Source: Candidatus Eiseniibacteriota bacterium (GTDB taxonomy: Bacteria; Joyebacterota; Joyebacteria; Joyebacterales; Joyebacteraceae). From it: DNA of 11,721 nucleotides. The translations under genes and the position numbers were made by a program. The stretch is taken from NCBI GenBank assembly GCA_043819135.1, contig JBDRFG010000163.1:1-11721 (forward strand). The letters run 5' to 3'. The stretch's first letter is position 1. Every line of letters starts with the position of its first letter. Under the pieces are notes generated by a model. That model had not been told where the DNA came from, did no database searches, and saw nothing but the letters and a program-made list of their open reading frames with translations. This document shows positions 6,528 to 11,721 of this stretch, piece by piece.

Positions 6528-7658
6528 ATGCCAAGGAAGCTGATCGTCGCACCGCTCGTTCTTATGTGCGTTGCGCTCGTGTCCTGCGGTGGTTCCAACG
6601 TCGGCGGGGCGGATCCTGACCTCACCGCGCCCACGGTTTCTCAGATGAGCATCACCGACGGCGAGACCGGTGTCGGTCTGGTCGAGAAGCTCAGCGTCAC
6701 ATTCTCGGAGCCGATGGACGCCGCGACCATCAACGACACGACCTTCGTGGTGGCGGGTCGTTCAGCGACGGGCTACGTCGAGTACGACGAGGGTTCGCGC
6801 ACCGCGAGCTTCCTGCCGGACACGCTCATGGCCGTCGAGACCTGGCACAACCTCGTCATCACGGACGACGTGACCGACGACGCGGGGAACCACTACGAGG
6901 GCGGCACGACGTCGTTCCAGACGGGCGCCGTCAGCTGCGACAACCTGCTCGACCACCTGGAGCCCGACAACGACATCGCCGGCGCAACGCCCATCGGGCT
7001 CAACGAGTGGGTGCACACGTTGACTCAGTGCGAGGGACGCGCCGACTACGACTACTTCCAGTTCACGCTCGAGGAGACCTCAAAGGTCTATGCCAAGTCG
7101 ACACTCAAGGAGTGCATCGAAGACCTGAACTGGGTTACGGAGTTCCGGCGCGACGATGGCGAGGTATACCTGGACACGGGCTCGTCCGTGAGCCCCGGCG
7201 AGACCAAGGGCTGCCTGTTCACGTTCCTGCCGGGGACCTACTGGGTCAGCGTCTACGCCTCCGGCCCGGCCCCCTGGGGGTTCGCCCTCTACGACTTCAT
7301 GCTCGAGACGCGCCCGCCGTGTCGCGACGACGAGTTCGAGGACAACGACTTCATCGACGAATGCGCGCAGATTCAGCCGAACGAGAGCTACGACCTCGTC
7401 AATTGCTTCGTTGATGCAGACTGGTTCTGGGTCAACCTGACGGCCGGCCAGACGCTGACGGTGACGGTCACTTCCGATGTGAGCACGAGTCGCCGGCTGA
7501 GGTTGTGGAACACAGGGCAGACGCAGGTGGCCTACTACAACGGCTCCAACAACCCAGCATCGGTGAGTTACACCGCCACCGAGTCGGGCCCGCACTTCTT
7601 CATGGCGCGGTTCTGGTCCGACGGCACCGAGTACGAGATGAATGTGGAAGTGCAGTAG
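6528..7658 (+). CDS. lipoprotein: Ig-like (Big_5-like) domain plus two PPC-like domains, paralog 2, 376 aa
   Basis: SD AGGAGG; lipobox LVS-C20; D..APTV...FSEPMDAATINDTT...DDAGN...SFQTG; units DHLEPDNDIAGATPI and DEFEDNDFIDECAQI. Colinear with the upstream gene over its full length, including the terminal RFWSDG..Y.M.V.V. Confidence 0.8.
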   Translation: MPRKLIVAPLVLMCVALVSCGGSNVGGADPDLTAPTVSQMSITDGETGVGLVEKLSVTFSEPMDAATINDTTFVVAGRSATGYVEYDEGSRTASFLPDTLMAVETWHNLVITDDVTDDAGNHYEGGTTSFQTGAVSCDNLLDHLEPDNDIAGATPIGLNEWVHTLTQCEGRADYDYFQFTLEETSKVYAKSTLKECIEDLNWVTEFRRDDGEVYLDTGSSVSPGETKGCLFTFLPGTYWVSVYASGPAPWGFALYDFMLETRPPCRDDEFEDNDFIDECAQIQPNESYDLVNCFVDADWFWVNLTAGQTLTVTVTSDVSTSRRLRLWNTGQTQVAYYNGSNNPASVSYTATESGPHFFMARFWSDGTEYEMNVEVQ

Positions 7659-7690
7659 CTGAAGAGAGATTCGGAGTGAGGTGGAACGAG

Positions 7691-7716
7691 GGGGCGCGTC
7701 CTGACGGGCGCGCCCT
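7691..7716. terminator. GC-rich hairpin between convergent genes (possible terminator)
   Basis: GGGGCGCGTCC-tgac-GGGCGCGCCCT, 11-bp stem with two G-U pairs on the + strand, between the lipoprotein stop (7658) and the metH stop (7720). No U-tract on either strand. Confidence 0.45.
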
Positions 7717-7719
7717 ACC

Positions 7720-10115
<2,396 letters not shown>

Positions 10116-10119
<4 letters not shown>

Positions 10120-11006
10120 AACCCGGCCTCCTCAACGATACGAGGTGTGATCTTCTCCCACATGACGGGCATCAGGTGGACGCCGGACACGCCGTCGATC
10201 CCGCGAACCTCGCGGACGAGTTCGCACGCCAGCCGGACGCCCTCCTCCGCCGGGTCCTCCGCGTCCTTCATGCGGCGGATGGTCTCGTCGGGTATGATCA
10301 TCCCCGAGACCTCACTTTTCATGTACTCGAGAGCACGAGCGGACCTCGTGGGAAGAATGCCCGCGAGTATCTTCACCCTGCCGGCTAACCCTAAGTCCCG
10401 CATGCCCGCCATCCACCGGCGAAACCGCGCCACATCGAATATGGCCTGCGTCTGGATGAAGTCGATGCCGGCCTCCACCTTCTTGGCCGCGCGAATGAGC
10501 CGGAGCCCCATCGGCTCGGCGAACGGGTTCGCGGCGCCCCCGAGCAGCACGTCCGGGGGACTCTTGACCTCGTCCCCGTTCATGAAACGCCCCTCGCGCA
10601 TGGCCCTGGCCACCGCGATGAGCTGCACAGAATCGACGTCGAACACTGGTCTGGCCTCCGGCTGATTCCCCATGACCATGTGGTCGCCCGTCAGAAGGAG
10701 CAGGTTCTTCACGCCGAGCGCGGACGCCCCGAGGATGTCGCTCTGGAGCGCGATGCGGTTCCGGTCGCGGCACGTCATCTGGACGATGGGGTCCACCCCC
10801 TCGTCCAGCAGGAGCCTGGCCGCCGCGATTGACGACTGCCTGACGATGCCACTCTGATTGTCGGTGGTGTTGACGGCATCGACGACGTCACGGAAGTACG
10901 CGACCTTCTTCCGCACGGCGTCGGGCGACGCTCCGAGCGGCGGGCCCAGTTCACCGGTGACGATGAACCGGCCGGCGTCCATGGCTTCCCTGAGCGTTCG
11001 TGCCAA
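10116..11006 (-). CDS. metF: 5,10-methylenetetrahydrofolate reductase (MetV-associated type), about 296 aa
   Basis: FIVTGELGPP, VNTTDNQ...RQSS, PIVQMTCRDRNRIALQSDILGA.ALG..N.L.LTGDH, AANPF, KKVEAG.DFIQTQ..FD, GVSGVHLM. Preferred start TTG 11006-11004 (GGAG 9 nt upstream, gives the family-like N-terminus MARTLREAMDAGRF); GTG 11021 is an alternative. The ORF-track extension to 11195 looks spurious. Confidence 0.92.
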
Positions 11007-11056
11007 GATGCGAGTCTCCACTTGAGGACTACCGATGGTGCAGGACCGGGGCGGGA

Positions 11057-11542
11057 CTACGGCTTCCGCTCCTCCTCGGCGCGCTCCGCCAGGCGGAAGT
11101 CGAGACGGTCGGCAACCGATCGGACGAACAACGCCGGCGGCTTCTCGCGGCCGCGGAAGACGTTCAGCCAGGCCGACGTGTGCTCGAGGTCCCACATGTG
11201 CGGCGGGAGCATCTCCGTCAGCATCGGGACGCGCCCGAGCGTCCGGGAGCGCGCGTGGATGGCGTACCAGATGCAGCGCTTGTCCGGATAGACCTCACAG
11301 AAACCGTCCGGACGGGTGCCGCCGCAGGCGCCGTTCCTCAGACGCTTGGGGCAACGCTGCGAGCAAATGAAAGCGGTGTGGCTGAGAACACAGTCGCCAC
11401 ACCGCTGACATCTGAACATGGGTATCTTGATGACGTTCTCGAGGAGAAGCCCGAACCCGGAGACGCACCTCTCCAGCAGCGGCCTCGCGGAGAGGAAGCC
11501 ATCGAGCCAACTGCTGAACCTCGAGTCCGTGCGTTCGCTCAT
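11057..11542 (-). CDS. metV: MetV-like / MTHFR C-terminal-domain Cys-rich Fe-S protein, 161 aa
   Basis: Eight-Cys cluster CQRCGDC-x8-C-x3-CPKRLRNGACGG...DGFCEV.PDKRCIW, typical of the MetV / MTHFR_C (PF12225-type) domain; immediately upstream of metF. SD is weak, so the start is less certain. Confidence 0.85.
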   Translation of the reverse strand: MSERTDSRFSSWLDGFLSARPLLERCVSGFGLLLENVIKIPMFRCQRCGDCVLSHTAFICSQRCPKRLRNGACGGTRPDGFCEVYPDKRCIWYAIHARSRTLGRVPMLTEMLPPHMWDLEHTSAWLNVFRGREKPPALFVRSVADRLDFRLAERAEEERKP

Positions 11543-11585
11543 GCGCCCAGCGTCCGAGTTCTGGTCCGGCTCCCAGCGGTCACTT

Positions 11586-11721
11586 CTAGTCGACGTCGAT
11601 CCCCAGCTTCTCGAGCTCTTCCTTCGACATCTCGTAGCAGTGCTCGGGCTGCGGGAAGTCCCTCGACTTCACGTCCTCGATGTACTGACGGAAGGCGCCA
11701 TCGAGTATCTCTGTCAGGTCG
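11586..11721 (-). CDS. panB: 3' end of 3-methyl-2-oxobutanoate hydroxymethyltransferase (ketopantoate hydroxymethyltransferase), partial
   Basis: Hand translation of 11720-11586: DLTEILDGAFRQYIEDVKSRDFPQPEHCYEMSKEELEKLGIDVD*. Matches the PanB C-terminal pattern A...Y..DVK...FP..EH.Y/F. Only 44 aa are visible. Confidence 0.75.
   Translation of the reverse strand, partial: DLTEILDGAFRQYIEDVKSRDFPQPEHCYEMSKEELEKLGIDVD

Noticed and set aside
6485..6530. TGA readthrough or recoding fusing the two lipoproteins
   Set aside because: The genes are in different frames, paralog 2 has its own SD and signal peptide, and both proteins end at the same aligned position.
6420..7658. Similar 3' ends of the two lipoprotein genes as a possible DGR template/variable repeat pair
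   Set aside because: Differences are mostly synonymous or general divergence, not adenine-specific, and no reverse transcriptase is present.
11007..11195. metF frame stays open across the 3' end of metV, suggesting a frameshift MetV-MetF fusion
   Set aside because: The extension is Pro/Arg/Gly-rich off-frame-like sequence, there is no slippery site, and metF has its own SD and TTG start at the family N-terminus.

Overview
High-GC bacterial chromosomal window, gene-dense and mostly housekeeping. I see no mobile element, CRISPR array or RNA gene. Left to right: (1) the 5' part of a monofunctional L-glutamate gamma-semialdehyde/P5C dehydrogenase (pruA/rocA type, minus strand, runs off the left edge and is missing from the ORF track); (2) a stand-alone dTDP-glucose 4,6-dehydratase (rfbB); (3) a small convergent membrane protein; (4) a co-oriented run of glnA (GSI-alpha), an atypical SDR and two tandem paralogous lipoproteins (Ig-like domain plus two PPC-like domains, no catalytic domain seen); (5) a convergent minus-strand one-carbon/folate cluster: panB (3' end only, missing from the ORF track), a short metV-like 8-Cys Fe-S protein, metF, and a metH lacking the reactivation domain. 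The two divergent intergenic regions carry three clear sigma70-like promoters and one weaker one. Most worth following up: the uncharacterised lipoprotein pair (with three GGA motifs in its spacer), the panB-metV-metF-metH arrangement, and a TAG stop-codon bias (8 of 10 stops). All calls come from motif recognition by eye; no database search was run.
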